DNA of 32,000 nt from Polynucleobacter necessarius (GCF_900095195.1 NZ_LT606950.1:120001-152000), one strand, 5' to 3'. Shown: positions 19,324 to 28,804, numbered from the stretch's first letter. The notes: generated by a model from the letters alone, not told the origin. Translations and numbers: made by a program.

Positions 19324-19802
19324 ATGGTAACAAAGAAAAATCCTGCTGCAAAGGAACCGGCTGCTAAAAAGCCAGCTGCAAAAAAAGTAGCTAAGGAGCG
19401 CCCAGCTAAGAAAGCTGCTGCTAAAAAGCCAGCTGCAAAAAAAGTAGCTAAGGAGCGCCCAGCTAAGAAAGCTGCTGCTAAAAAGCCAGCTGCAAAAAAA
19501 GTAGCTAAGGAGCGCCCAGCTAAGGAACCGGCTGCTAAAAAGCCAGCTGCAAAAAAAGTAGCTAAGGAGCGCCCAGCTAAGAAAGCTGCTGCTAAAAAGC
19601 CAGCTGCAAAAAAAGTAGCTAAGGAGCGCCCAGCTAAGGAAGCTGCTGCTAAAAAGCGCGTAGCAAGAAAAAAGTAAGCAAGCCTGCTGCGAAGAAAGCG
19701 GGTTCTGCAGTAAAAAAGCCCGCGGCTAAGAAAGCTGCACCAGCGACTAGTGCGTTGAATCCTGCCGCTGCTTGGCCCTCCCCAACTGGCACACGCCCTT
19801 AA
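19324..19802 (+). pseudogene. Lys/Ala-rich histone H1-like (AlgP/BpH1-like) nucleoid protein gene, interrupted by a 1-nt frameshift; the annotated ORF ends at 19677
   Basis: ORF 19324-19677 is (AAKKPAAKKVAKERPAKKA)n. After the stop at 19675-19677, another frame continues as SKPAAKKAGSAVKKPAAKKAAPATSALNPAAAWPSPTGTRP, ending at TAA 19800-19802. The two parts join if the A6 run at 19668-19673 were A7. Confidence 0.7.
19342..19657 (+). repeat. 57-bp tandem repeat, five full near-identical copies plus partial flanking copies, in-frame within the H1-like gene
   Basis: Unit: aaaaagccagctgcaaaaaaagtagctaaggagcgcccagctaagaaagctgctgct. Full copies start at 19366, 19423, 19480, 19537 and 19594. The only variation is in the last 15 nt (aagaaagct, aaggaaccg or aaggaagct). 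Confidence 0.9.
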
Positions 19803-19820
19803 TCAGACGGGCGTTATCAC

Positions 19821-19848
19821 AAGGGGTCTCTTTTGAGACCCCTTTTTT
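19821..19848 (+). terminator. Intrinsic terminator downstream of the H1-like gene
   Basis: AAGGGGTCTC-tttt-GAGACCCCTT followed by TTTT. The stem is a perfect 10 bp. Confidence 0.8.
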
Positions 19849-19880
19849 ATTGCCCAATTTTTTCTGATAACGCCCTAGCT

Positions 19881-20840
19881 TTAAAAGCTAAAACCAAACG
19901 CCGCTTTGAACTGCTCTGCGATTTCAGTTTTACTGGGCTGGTGGTTTTGCGGTCCTTGATGGGTGATTTTGATCGAGCCCATTAAGCTTGCCAAACGGCC
20001 GGTTGTTTCCCAATCCATGCCACTTTCTAGACCAAAGAGCAGTCCTCCGCGAAATGCATCGCCGCAGCCAGTAGGATCGACAACTTTTGCTGCTGGAACT
20101 GGTGGAATGGCAATGCATTTGCCGTTTGAATAAATTTCCGCACCTTCAGCGCCTTTGGTGACGATAAGCGCTTTGACCCGCTTGGCTACCTTTTCCAGGC
20201 TTAAGCCAGTGCGTTTCGACAACATTTCGCCTTCGTAATCATTCACGGCTAGGTAGCTCGCGATATCTACTAGCTCTAATAACTCTGGGCCATCAAACAT
20301 CGGCAGACCTTGTCCCGGATCAAAGATGAATGGAATATTGGCTTCTGCTAGCTGATGGCAGTGCTCCCACATTCCCTGGCGACCATCTGGTGCAACGATG
20401 CCAAATTTAGCGGATGCCTTGGAATTGTTGCTGCGCTCAGCAATCACCGTAGATACTTGGTTGAGGTGAGATTCACCCATTGCTCCAGGATGAAAGGCGG
20501 TAATTTGATTATTGGTTTGATCTGTTGTGATCATCGCTTGCGCAGTGAACGCGCTCTCAATTTGGCGTATGTGGGTACTGTCGATATTGAGTTGCTTCAA
20601 ACGGTTCATGTAGGATGAAGCATCCCCGCCAACGGTTGCCATGATGATGGGGTCGCCACCTAAAAGGCTGAGGTTGTAGGCAATATTGCCTGCGCAACCG
20701 CCAAACTCACGACGCAACGTCGGGACCAGGAATGCCACATTCAGAACATGAATCTGTTCGGGCAGAATTTGATCGGCAAATTTGCCTTCAAAGTTCATGA
20801 TGGTGTCGTAAGCGATCGAGCCGCAGATTAGGCTAGCCAT
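19881..20840 (-). CDS. PfkB-family carbohydrate/nucleoside kinase (adenosine kinase-like)
   Basis: 319-aa ORF with an N-terminal GG motif region (FGGCAGNIAYNLSLLGG) and the C-terminal PfkB signature DPTGCGDAFRGG. Confidence 0.8.
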   Translation of the reverse strand: MASLICGSIAYDTIMNFEGKFADQILPEQIHVLNVAFLVPTLRREFGGCAGNIAYNLSLLGGDPIIMATVGGDASSYMNRLKQLNIDSTHIRQIESAFTAQAMITTDQTNNQITAFHPGAMGESHLNQVSTVIAERSNNSKASAKFGIVAPDGRQGMWEHCHQLAEANIPFIFDPGQGLPMFDGPELLELVDIASYLAVNDYEGEMLSKRTGLSLEKVAKRVKALIVTKGAEGAEIYSNGKCIAIPPVPAAKVVDPTGCGDAFRGGLLFGLESGMDWETTGRLASLMGSIKITHQGPQNHQPSKTEIAEQFKAAFGFSF

Positions 20841-20891
20841 AAATTGCTTTCTGTTGGTAAGTGAAATGAAAGAAATCGATATAAAAGCGGT

Positions 20892-21425
20892 TTATTGGGG
20901 ATGCAGAACACGAATTCGATAGCCCGCAGCGTTTGATGGAAGGGCAATTGGTAGTTCTGCTTGGATCTTTTCTCCGGAGGGTGCGCCAATTTTCAAAAAT
21001 TGGGATGCGATTCTTGCCAAGTAGATGGCAACCATTCTTTTGAAGTTAATTGAATCGATTTCAGGCCGGATTCTTCTGCATCGGTGAGTGAGATTTCTAA
21101 ATTGGGTAGTAAAACTGGTATCGCAAGGCGATTTTGTATTTCAATTTGTAGTAACGATCGATTTGCGGGGCTTTTAAGACCCTCTCGTGCGTTTTCCGGT
21201 GGTTAGGGTGACGAAGTTATTTTCCAAGCAGAAAAATCGCTTACAGGGCGATTAAAGCATTTAAGAGCGCTACATAATTTTTCATCGACACGTTGCAGTG
21301 CTGAAAATGCGCCGACCGAAATTGCATTGAATGAACCATCAATACGGGGCGCTAACTTGGGAAGTAGCCAATTTCTTGAAAAATGCTCCCCAAAGACGAG
21401 GAGCAAAACAAAAAAACATCCAAGC
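20892..21425 (-). pseudogene. Remnant of a DUF3426-type (zinc-ribbon + TM + DUF3426) gene normally found downstream of prmA
   Basis: The minus-strand translation gives a TM-like stretch LLGCFFVLLLVFG. It then reads ...LLQIEIQNRLAIPVLLPNLEISLTDAEESGLKSIQLTSKEWLP... and, after a frameshift near 20990-21000, ...KIGAPSGEKIQAELPIALPSNAAGYRIRVLHPQ*, with the stop at 20892-20894. An in-frame TAA sits at 21203-21205. No N-terminal CxxC zinc-ribbon coding remains. Confidence 0.55.
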
Positions 21426-21429
21426 AGCG

Positions 21430-22431
21430 CTAACTTAAAACTTTTTTTTGCGCAGGTGCAGCAAATTTATTGGGCTGGGTATTCAGAGAGCTCTTTTTAT
21501 CGCTTGCCAGGGTGCCATGCAAACAAACCCAGCCCTCACTCTCTTTCCAGACAGAAAGTTTTAACCATTGACTATAGGTTGCTATCACCTCCTCTGCCTG
21601 TCTTGCAAGGACTCCAGAGAGAATAATTTGGCCACCGAGACGCATTTTATTCACCAATGCGGGGGCTAAAACTTGCAATGGATTGGCCAGAATATTGGCC
21701 ATGACGATGTCATATTTCGTTTCTGCAGCGAGCTCTGGCGCGCTTTCTGTAGGCAATACAAAGCGAATTTGAGTGTTATTCACCTCCGCATTGCTACGAG
21801 CCGCCACTATGGCTTGAGGATCAATATCGGTTCCAACAACAGGATTGCAGCCAAGTTTTGCAGCCGCAATTGGCAAAATGCCAGAGCCACATCCGTAATC
21901 GAGCAGGCTTTGATTTTGGAGATTGCTTTGTTCTTCCAGCCAAAGTAAGCAAAGGTGCGTTGTTGGATGACTGCCTGTCCCAAAAGCTAATCCTGGGTCG
22001 ACTGCCAAACAAATTGTATCAGGATCTGTTGGGGCATTGTGCCAAGAAGGCACAACCCAAATCCGTTTACCAATCGGAATTGGCGCGAATTGACTTTGTG
22101 TCAAGCGAACCCAATCCTGCTCTTCAACGATCTTTTCTTGCGGCGGGGACAACTTGAACCCGGCCTCTTTTAGGGCGAAGAGTAGATCAGGGATAAAGTG
22201 TTTGCTATCGGAATGATCCAGTTCTGGATTGAAGAGCGCTGTGACCGCGGACCGATCCCAAGCTTGCACTTCGGGCGAAAGACCAGGCTCTCCGTAGAGG
22301 GGGTTTTGATCGTAACCACCCGCAGCAGCATCTTCAACCGTTACTGAGAGTGCGCCTAGCTCAAGCAGCACATCTCCTAATGGTTCAGCAGTTTCGGCTG
22401 CTACCGTGAATACCAATTCACGGTAGGGCAT
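21430..22431 (-). CDS. prmA: Ribosomal protein L11 methyltransferase
   Basis: 333-aa ORF with DPGLAFGTGSHPTTHLCL and the SAM motif LDYGCGSGILPIAAAKLG. A tail of roughly 24 aa extends beyond the usual ...EGWVCLHG end. Confidence 0.9.
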   Translation of the reverse strand: MPYRELVFTVAAETAEPLGDVLLELGALSVTVEDAAAGGYDQNPLYGEPGLSPEVQAWDRSAVTALFNPELDHSDSKHFIPDLLFALKEAGFKLSPPQEKIVEEQDWVRLTQSQFAPIPIGKRIWVVPSWHNAPTDPDTICLAVDPGLAFGTGSHPTTHLCLLWLEEQSNLQNQSLLDYGCGSGILPIAAAKLGCNPVVGTDIDPQAIVAARSNAEVNNTQIRFVLPTESAPELAAETKYDIVMANILANPLQVLAPALVNKMRLGGQIILSGVLARQAEEVIATYSQWLKLSVWKESEGWVCLHGTLASDKKSSLNTQPNKFAAPAQKKVLS

Positions 22432-22466
22432 GAGACACCAGCATTTGAGTCATGAAGGAAGGTGAG

Positions 22467-23831
22467 TTAAGACTTGCCGCGATTAGCGGCTTGTTCTTCA
22501 AGACGGTGCTCCAGATAGTGAATACTGGTACCACCTTCCATAAAGTTCGGGTCCAGCATCAACTCGCGGTGCAATGGAACGTTTGTCGTAATCCCATCAA
22601 TCACCATCTCAGACAAGGCAATTTGCATCCGACGGATCGCCTGTTCGCGAGTGTTACCGTATGAAATGAGTTTACCAATCATGGAGTCGTAGTTTGGGGG
22701 CACGACATATCCGCTATAAGCATGAGAATCTACGCGAATACCAGGGCCACCAGGCATATGGAAGGAGCCAATCTTGCCAGGACTCGGTGTGAATTTGAAT
22801 GGATCTTCTGCATTGAGGCGGCATTCGATGGCATGACCACGGAACACAATGTCTTTCTGGCGGTAAGACAACTTGAGTCCAGCCGCAATCCGAATTTGCT
22901 CTTGAACAATATCCACTCCCGTAATCATTTCGGTGACGGGATGTTCAACCTGAACGCGGGTATTCATCTCAATGAAGAAGAATTCACCGTTTTCATACAA
23001 GAATTCAAAGGTGCCCGCACCACGATAGCCGATTTTTCGACAAGCATTTGCACAACGCTCACCAATTTTGGTGATTGAGCGACGATCGATGCCAGGTGCA
23101 GGTGTTTCTTCAATCACTTTTTGGTGGCGACGCTGCATAGAGCAATCGCGCTCACCTAGCCAAATGGCATTGCCATGAGTATCGGCAAGAACTTGGATCT
23201 CAACGTGGCGGGGTTTCTCTAAAAACTTCTCCATGTAGACTTCAGGGTTACCAAAGGCGCGTCCCGCTTCTTCGCGGGTCATATTCACTGCATTAATTAA
23301 ATGCGCTTCAGTATGAACGACGCGCATACCGTGTCCACCGCCACCACCAGCCGCTTTGATGATGACAGGGTACCCAACGCGTTTTGCCGTGGCAATAATT
23401 TCCTTGGGATTGTCTGGTAACGCACCTTCTGAACCGGGAACGCAAGGAACACCCGACTTGATCATGGCTCGCTTGGCAGATACTTTATCGCCCATTAAGC
23501 GAATCGATGCCGCAGTAGGGCCGATGAAAGCAAAGCCCGATTTTTCGACGCGCTCAGCAAAATCGGCATTCTCGGAGAGGAAGCCATAGCCAGGGTGGAT
23601 CGCTTCCGCATCCGTAACTTCAGCCGCAGAAATAATTGCTGGCATATTGAGGTAGCTAAGCGACGAGGGTGCTGGTCCAATGCAAACGGCCTCATCCGCA
23701 AGCTTGACATACTTTGCTTCTTTGTCAGCAGTGGAGTAAACCACCACGGTTTTAATTCCCAACTCGCGACATGCGCGTTGGATACGGAGAGCAATTTCTC
23801 CCCGGTTGGCGATTAGAATCTTATCGAACAT
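22467..23831 (-). CDS. accC: Acetyl-CoA carboxylase biotin carboxylase subunit
   Basis: 454-aa intact ORF: [26 protein letters not shown]..., an ATP-grasp glycine loop, and [14 protein letters not shown]. Confidence 0.95.
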   Translation of the reverse strand: MFDKILIANRGEIALRIQRACRELGIKTVVVYSTADKEAKYVKLADEAVCIGPAPSSLSYLNMPAIISAAEVTDAEAIHPGYGFLSENADFAERVEKSGFAFIGPTAASIRLMGDKVSAKRAMIKSGVPCVPGSEGALPDNPKEIIATAKRVGYPVIIKAAGGGGGHGMRVVHTEAHLINAVNMTREEAGRAFGNPEVYMEKFLEKPRHVEIQVLADTHGNAIWLGERDCSMQRRHQKVIEETPAPGIDRRSITKIGERCANACRKIGYRGAGTFEFLYENGEFFFIEMNTRVQVEHPVTEMITGVDIVQEQIRIAAGLKLSYRQKDIVFRGHAIECRLNAEDPFKFTPSPGKIGSFHMPGGPGIRVDSHAYSGYVVPPNYDSMIGKLISYGNTREQAIRRMQIALSEMVIDGITTNVPLHRELMLDPNFMEGGTSIHYLEHRLEEQAANRGKS

Positions 23832-23876
23832 GTCGGCTCTGAGTTAGGTAAATTGGATTAAAAAAGCCGCTGAAGA

Positions 23877-24329
23877 TTAAGCGATCACAAATATGGGTTG
23901 GTCAAATTCAACGCCTTGACCGTTTTCACAAAGAATTTCTTTGATAACGCCGTCTTTTTCAGATTCGATTTCATTGAGAAGCTTCATGGCCTCGATGATG
24001 CAAAGGGTTTGACCCACCTTAACGGTGTCACCCACATTCACAAAATTTGGAGATTCTGGATTCGGTGCGCGGTAGAACGTGCCCACCATCGGAGCGCGCG
24101 CAATAAATCCAGTTTCTACTGCTGCCTCTTGGGCAGGAGCTGAGGTTGCTGCTGGCGCAACCGGAATTGCTTGCGCAGGAGCAGGGTTTGCATAAACCAC
24201 GTGACCTGCTGGGGCTGGGGAACCAGCATTCACAATACGTGCCCGATCTTCACCTTCGTTGACTTCCAGTTCAGATATTCCGGATTCAGAAACTAGGTCG
24301 ATCAAAGTTTTGAGTTTTCTTAAGTCCAT
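23877..24329 (-). CDS. accB: Acetyl-CoA carboxylase biotin carboxyl carrier protein
   Basis: MDLRKLKTLIDLVSESGISELEV..., a Pro/Ala linker, and the biotinylation motif CIIEAMKLLNEIE. The ATG at 24329 is preferred over the longer ORF-track start at 24419, which would overlap aroQ. Confidence 0.9.
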   Translation of the reverse strand: MDLRKLKTLIDLVSESGISELEVNEGEDRARIVNAGSPAPAGHVVYANPAPAQAIPVAPAATSAPAQEAAVETGFIARAPMVGTFYRAPNPESPNFVNVGDTVKVGQTLCIIEAMKLLNEIESEKDGVIKEILCENGQGVEFDQPIFVIA

Positions 24330-24352
24330 GCGAATGCGTCCTCTCTTGAAAT

Positions 24353-24802
24353 TTATTTTTGTAAACGGGTGATTGCAGCTTGCAGAGCTAACTCGTAGCC
24401 AATGGCACCAAGGCCGCAAATCACACCAGTAGCAATGTCGGATAAATAGGAATGTTTGCGAAACTCTTCCCGTTGATGAATATTGGATAAATGAACTTCT
24501 GTAAATGGAATGGCCACGTCAGCTAAAACATCCCGAAGGGCAACGCTAGTGTGGGTAAAGGCACCAGGGTTGATGATGATGAAATCAACCCCATCCTGTT
24601 TTGCCTTCTGAATTCGGTCAATTAATTCACCCTCATGATTACTTTGATAGGTATTGAGCTCAACAGATTGAGCTTTGGCGGTCTCACCGAGCTTTTGATG
24701 GATGTCTTCTAAGGTAGTTTTGCCATAAACCTCGGGTTCACGGGTGCCCAGAAGATTCAGATTGGGACCCTGAATGACGAGAATTGAAGCTTTTTTAGAC
24801 AT
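24353..24802 (-). CDS. aroQ: Type II 3-dehydroquinate dehydratase
   Basis: [21 protein letters not shown]...[16 protein letters not shown]...[17 protein letters not shown] is the canonical AroQ sequence. Confidence 0.95.
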   Translation of the reverse strand: MSKKASILVIQGPNLNLLGTREPEVYGKTTLEDIHQKLGETAKAQSVELNTYQSNHEGELIDRIQKAKQDGVDFIIINPGAFTHTSVALRDVLADVAIPFTEVHLSNIHQREEFRKHSYLSDIATGVICGLGAIGYELALQAAITRLQK

Positions 24803-25051
24803 AGATCCCTATTTTTAGATGCAGTTAGGTGTCAATTAGTTAATTTGGCTTTTGGCGACTTAGACAACATTTTGCTTCCCTTGCTATGGGTCAAAGTATA
24901 ACCCTACAAACTTCTCAAGAGTCTAAAAATCCTTCCGAAAGTCGAAAATTTCACTCGTTTCAAAAGCGAATAATAAAAATTGGCACTGATTTTGCCTAAA
25001 TAATGGGCATTCAGAAAATATCAGACAGTTCGTAACGGCTGGTAAAAATCA

Positions 25052-25579
25052 TCAAATTGCAGAATCTATTGCCTTTTTAAGCTCTTCTTCGCTTATTTTC
25101 CCTAATTTTGTAAAAACGGATTTTCCTTTTGGGTTGATGATGACGGTATAGGGAAGGGCGCCTTGAGAATTGCCCATCTGCTTGGCGATATTGCTACCCT
25201 CAAGGCCGCCAATAATAATTGGGTATGAAACTGGGGTTTTTTGGAGGAATTCGCGTACGCTCGATGGTGAATCGATACCGATGCCGATAATTAAGACATT
25301 TTTCGATGCGTATTCTTGGGCAATTTTGTCTAAAGCTGGCATTTCTTCAACACAGGGAGGGCACCAGGATGCCCAAAAATTCACCACCAATACTTTCCCA
25401 CGCCAATTTTCTGATTTGACTGCTTTCCCATCCGGGGTTTGCCATGGATTGACAAAAAAGCTCTTGACGGAGGGGTCGCTTGCCAAACCGGTTTGCGAAA
25501 TCCAATGCGATGAAAAGATTCCGGCTAGAAGTGCCAAAAGACTCATTCCGCAAATCATCATCCACTGTCTTCGGTCCAC
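25052..25579 (-). CDS. TlpA/ResA-like periplasmic thiol:disulfide oxidoreductase
   Basis: An N-terminal TM anchor precedes a thioredoxin fold with VVNFWASWCPPCVEEMP (CxxC). Confidence 0.8.
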   Translation of the reverse strand: MDRRQWMMICGMSLLALLAGIFSSHWISQTGLASDPSVKSFFVNPWQTPDGKAVKSENWRGKVLVVNFWASWCPPCVEEMPALDKIAQEYASKNVLIIGIGIDSPSSVREFLQKTPVSYPIIIGGLEGSNIAKQMGNSQGALPYTVIINPKGKSVFTKLGKISEEELKKAIDSAI

Positions 25580-25605
25580 GACAACTCCTTCGCTAAAATT
25601 CGCTA

Positions 25606-27003
25606 ATGCATATACACATCTTAGGCATTTGCGGTACTTTCATGGGCGGCATTGCCTCCATCGCCAGGCAAGCCGGACATCGGGTAACGGGTTGTGATGC
25701 CAACGTATATCCACCAATGAGCACGCAGCTTGAGGCTCAAGGGATTGAACTCATCGAAGGATTTTCGCCAGATCAATTATTGCAGTTTGAGACCATGCCT
25801 GATTTATTCGTGGTTGGCAATGTGGTTTCTCGAGGCAATCCTTTGATGGAAGCCATTTTGAATCAAGGTCTTCCGTATATTTCTGGACCTCAGTGGCTGG
25901 TTGAGCAGGTGCTCTATGACCGACATGTATTAGCCGTTGCAGGTACCCACGGTAAAACCACAACATCGGCCATGCTGACATGGATCTTGGAATTTAATGG
26001 CTACAAGCCAGGGTATTTAATTGGTGGTGTACCGCTCAATTTCACCGTTTCAGCACGTCTTGGTGAGAGCAAATACTTCGTGATTGAAGCGGATGAGTAC
26101 GACACAGCTTTTTTTGATAAGCGCAGTAAGTTTTTGCACTATCGTCCGCGTACTGCCTTGTTGAGCAACTTGGAGTTTGATCATGCAGACATATTTGCGG
26201 ATCTAGCTGCAATCGAAACGCAGTTTCACCATCTCGTACGCACAGTGCCGAGTGATGGATTGTTAGTGGTTAATGGCGAAGAGCCTGCCCTAGAGCGCGT
26301 GGTGACCCGTGGAGCATGGGCCCCAGTAGAGCAGTTTGGGCATGATGCCAATTGCGCTTGGTCATTGGTTTCTCAAGTCGGCGATGGTTTTATCGTCCTT
26401 AAACATGGCGAAGAAGTTGCAACAGTGAACTGGGCGCCCGATTCAGGTGTGATGGGGAGACACAATCAACTGAACGCCCTTGCTGCCATTGCATCTGCAA
26501 ATCACATTGGCATTTCCCCTGCGAATGCTGCGCGCGCATTAGCGGAATTTAAAAACGTTAAGCGTCGACTAGAAACGATTGGTGTAGCAAAAAACATTAC
26601 GGTGTACGACGACTTTGCGCATCATCCAACGGCCATCACGACCACTGTGGATGGATTGCGTCGCAGGGTTGGTCAGGCCCGTATTTTGGCAGTATTGGAG
26701 CCACGGTCCAACACGATGAAACTGGGTGTGATGAAGGCCCAGCTTCCGAATAGCTTGCAACAAGCAGATAAAGTCTTTGCATACGGAGCAAAGAGTGGCA
26801 AGGAATCCTTGGGTTGGGATTTAGCAGAAGTGTTGGCGCCGCTAAACAGCAAAGAGCCTAGTAAAGCTCGGGCTTTTGATGATCTCGATGCCTTAGTTGC
26901 TGCGGTAGCTAACGAGGCTAAGTCCGGCGACCAGGTTTTGGTGATGAGCAACGGGGGCTTTGGCGGTATTCATCTAAAAATACTCAAGGCTATTTCCGCT
27001 TGA
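25606..27003 (+). CDS. mpl: UDP-N-acetylmuramate:L-alanyl-gamma-D-glutamyl-meso-diaminopimelate ligase
   Basis: MHIHILGICGTFMGGIA.. and the Mur ligase P-loop AVAGTHGKTTT. The 465-aa length and overall pattern match Mpl rather than MurC. Confidence 0.88.
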   Translation: MHIHILGICGTFMGGIASIARQAGHRVTGCDANVYPPMSTQLEAQGIELIEGFSPDQLLQFETMPDLFVVGNVVSRGNPLMEAILNQGLPYISGPQWLVEQVLYDRHVLAVAGTHGKTTTSAMLTWILEFNGYKPGYLIGGVPLNFTVSARLGESKYFVIEADEYDTAFFDKRSKFLHYRPRTALLSNLEFDHADIFADLAAIETQFHHLVRTVPSDGLLVVNGEEPALERVVTRGAWAPVEQFGHDANCAWSLVSQVGDGFIVLKHGEEVATVNWAPDSGVMGRHNQLNALAAIASANHIGISPANAARALAEFKNVKRRLETIGVAKNITVYDDFAHHPTAITTTVDGLRRRVGQARILAVLEPRSNTMKLGVMKAQLPNSLQQADKVFAYGAKSGKESLGWDLAEVLAPLNSKEPSKARAFDDLDALVAAVANEAKSGDQVLVMSNGGFGGIHLKILKAISA

Positions 27004-27066
27004 GGTACGCATTAAAGCGAATTTAGTTTAGCATTGAAGGATACTTAAAACTTGCAATAAAAGAAT

Positions 27067-28176
27067 ATGAGAGTTAAAAACCGAGATTACAAAAGTATAT
27101 GGATCAACGAAAAGGGCAATCTTTGCGTCATTAACCAATTAAGATTGCCCCATGTTTTCGAAACAGATGTACTCAAGGATTTCGATGCAGTTTGTTATGC
27201 GATTAATAATATGGTTGTTAGGGGTGCGGGACTTATTGGGGCTACCGCAGGTTATGGTATGTGGGTGGCAGCATCGCAAGCTCCTAAGGAAAGCATTGCA
27301 TCTTTTGAAAACTATGTTCACCTTCAAGCAAATCGATTGTTGGCCACTAGACCGACCGCTAGCAACCTTGCTTGGGCTGTTGCACGTCAGCTTAAGGAAT
27401 TAAAGCAGGGTAGCACTATTGAAGAAAAAATTGCACTACTTAAAGACCGTGCTGAAACAATTGCCGATGAAGACTCCCGATCTTGTCAATCTATCGGGTG
27501 GCATGGTCTAGAGCTACTCAAAAAGATTGCTGCTACTGAGCCAGGAAAAACCATTAATGTATTGACTCATTGTAATGCTGGTTGGCTGGCATTCGTAGAT
27601 TTTGGATCAGCTCTATCACCTATTTTTGCGGCGCACGATGTAGGGGTTCCCATTCATGTCTGGGTAGATGAAACTCGGCCGCGCAATCAAGGCGCGAGCC
27701 TTACCGCTTGGGAGTTAGCGCAGCATGGCGTTCCCCATAGCCTCATTGCAGATAATGTTGGCGGCCATTTAATGCAACATGGAATGGTAGATATGGTTAT
27801 TACTGGCGCCGATCGTATCACGCGCAATGGAGATGTAGCCAATAAAATCGGTACTTACTTAAAAGCTTTGGCTGCAAAAGATAATGACCTTCCTTTCTAT
27901 GTTGCTTTTCCCTCAAGTACTATCGATTTTTCCTTAAGCGATGGTTTATCTCAGGTTCCAATTGAAGAACGCTCTGGTGATGAAGTTCGCAGGATGAGCG
28001 GAAAACTTGCAGATGGCTCGATTGCAACTGTGCAAATATGTCCCGATGAAACACCAGCGCGTAATTGGGCATTTGATGTAACTCCTGCCCGCCTTATCAC
28101 CGCACTGATATGCGAAAGAGGAGTTTGTCCCGCTACCGAAGCAGGTATTCTTGGGTTATTCCCCGAGGAAGCATAA
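27067..28176 (+). CDS. mtnA: S-methyl-5-thioribose-1-phosphate isomerase (eIF-2B alpha/beta/delta-like family)
   Basis: VRGAGLIGATA, ATRPTASNL, THCNAG, DETRPRNQGASLTAWEL, GADRITRNGDVANKIGTY, FYVAFPSSTID, NWAFDVTPARLI. Confidence 0.85.
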   Translation: MRVKNRDYKSIWINEKGNLCVINQLRLPHVFETDVLKDFDAVCYAINNMVVRGAGLIGATAGYGMWVAASQAPKESIASFENYVHLQANRLLATRPTASNLAWAVARQLKELKQGSTIEEKIALLKDRAETIADEDSRSCQSIGWHGLELLKKIAATEPGKTINVLTHCNAGWLAFVDFGSALSPIFAAHDVGVPIHVWVDETRPRNQGASLTAWELAQHGVPHSLIADNVGGHLMQHGMVDMVITGADRITRNGDVANKIGTYLKALAAKDNDLPFYVAFPSSTIDFSLSDGLSQVPIEERSGDEVRRMSGKLADGSIATVQICPDETPARNWAFDVTPARLITALICERGVCPATEAGILGLFPEEA

Positions 28177-28778
28177 TGAATACATCACCCAGAGATGAGG
28201 GTGTCGTCAAGTATCATGCTGTCCATCGCAATGACCCTGCGCCCACTCACCCATTACTGAATAAGCTTGATCAAGCTCGAACTCAATTATTTGATCTTGG
28301 CCTGGTAGGTGTCTATCTGGATGGGGTTGGTTATGGTAATGTTTCTGTTAGACATGAAGCTGGCTGCATTATTTCGGGTACGAGCACTGGAGCCACGCGA
28401 ATTTTAGGCGCAACTGGTTATTGTTATGTCAGTAACTTTGATATCGTAGCCAACATCGTCTGCACTGAAGGCCCAATCCAAGCTAGTAGCGAAGCGATGA
28501 CGCATTGCGCAATTTATCAAGCTAACAGCGCAATTAATTGCGTTTTGCATATACACAATCCACAACTTTGGCGGAAACTACTCGATCGAAATGGCCCTTC
28601 AACTTCTAAAGAAGTTACATATGGGACACCTCAAATGGCCCAAGAAGTGGCTGTCATAGTTCAAGGGTTAGCCAATCCTTGTGGTCTTTTGGCGATGGCT
28701 GGACATGAGGACGGTATCGCTGCTTTTGGGCCGACTATTGATTTGGCGCTTAATCAAATACAAGCTGTTTTAACTTGA
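28176..28778 (+). CDS. Class II aldolase/adducin N-terminal domain family protein (Ald2-like aldolase or MtnB-like dehydratase)
   Basis: GNVSVR, ASSEAMTHCAIYQ, the His pair CVLHIHN, and a third His in LAMAGHEDG match the metal-ligand pattern of class II aldolases. The ATG at 28176 overlaps the mtnA stop by 1 nt (TAATG). Confidence 0.7.
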   Translation: MNTSPRDEGVVKYHAVHRNDPAPTHPLLNKLDQARTQLFDLGLVGVYLDGVGYGNVSVRHEAGCIISGTSTGATRILGATGYCYVSNFDIVANIVCTEGPIQASSEAMTHCAIYQANSAINCVLHIHNPQLWRKLLDRNGPSTSKEVTYGTPQMAQEVAVIVQGLANPCGLLAMAGHEDGIAAFGPTIDLALNQIQAVLT

Positions 28779-28804
28779 TCATCAATGAATGCAAAGGATT
28801 TAAG

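Noticed and set aside
19342-19657. The 57-bp repeat array as a possible CRISPR array or non-coding satellite
   Set aside because: The repeats are directly adjacent with no spacers. The period is a multiple of 3, and they lie in-frame within a Lys/Ala-rich ORF that has an RBS and a terminator. This is a coding tandem repeat.
19821-19848. The hairpin as a bidirectional terminator that also serves the convergent pfkB gene
   Set aside because: On the minus strand the stem is followed by GTGATAA rather than a U-tract. It is convincing only for the plus-strand H1-like gene.
21203-21626. ORFs 21203-21406 (minus strand) and 21327-21626 (plus strand) as real small genes
   Set aside because: The minus-strand ORF is one frame segment of the DUF3426-like remnant. 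The plus-strand ORF is antisense to that remnant and to the prmA 3' end, and has no features.
24803-25051. The 249-bp spacer between aroQ and the tlpA-like gene as a hiding place for a tRNA, sRNA or small ORF
   Set aside because: I could find no tRNA-like arms (no GTTCGAATC-type T-loop), no strong hairpin with a T-tract and no RBS-preceded ORF. It is most simply the aroQ-accBC promoter region.
25170-25697. A 175-aa plus-strand ORF, exactly the same length as the tlpA-like gene and antisense to it, running into the mpl start
   Set aside because: The translation is low-complexity with no recognisable motif. It lies fully antisense to a gene with a clear thioredoxin CxxC fold and is out of frame with mpl. 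This is a typical shadow ORF.
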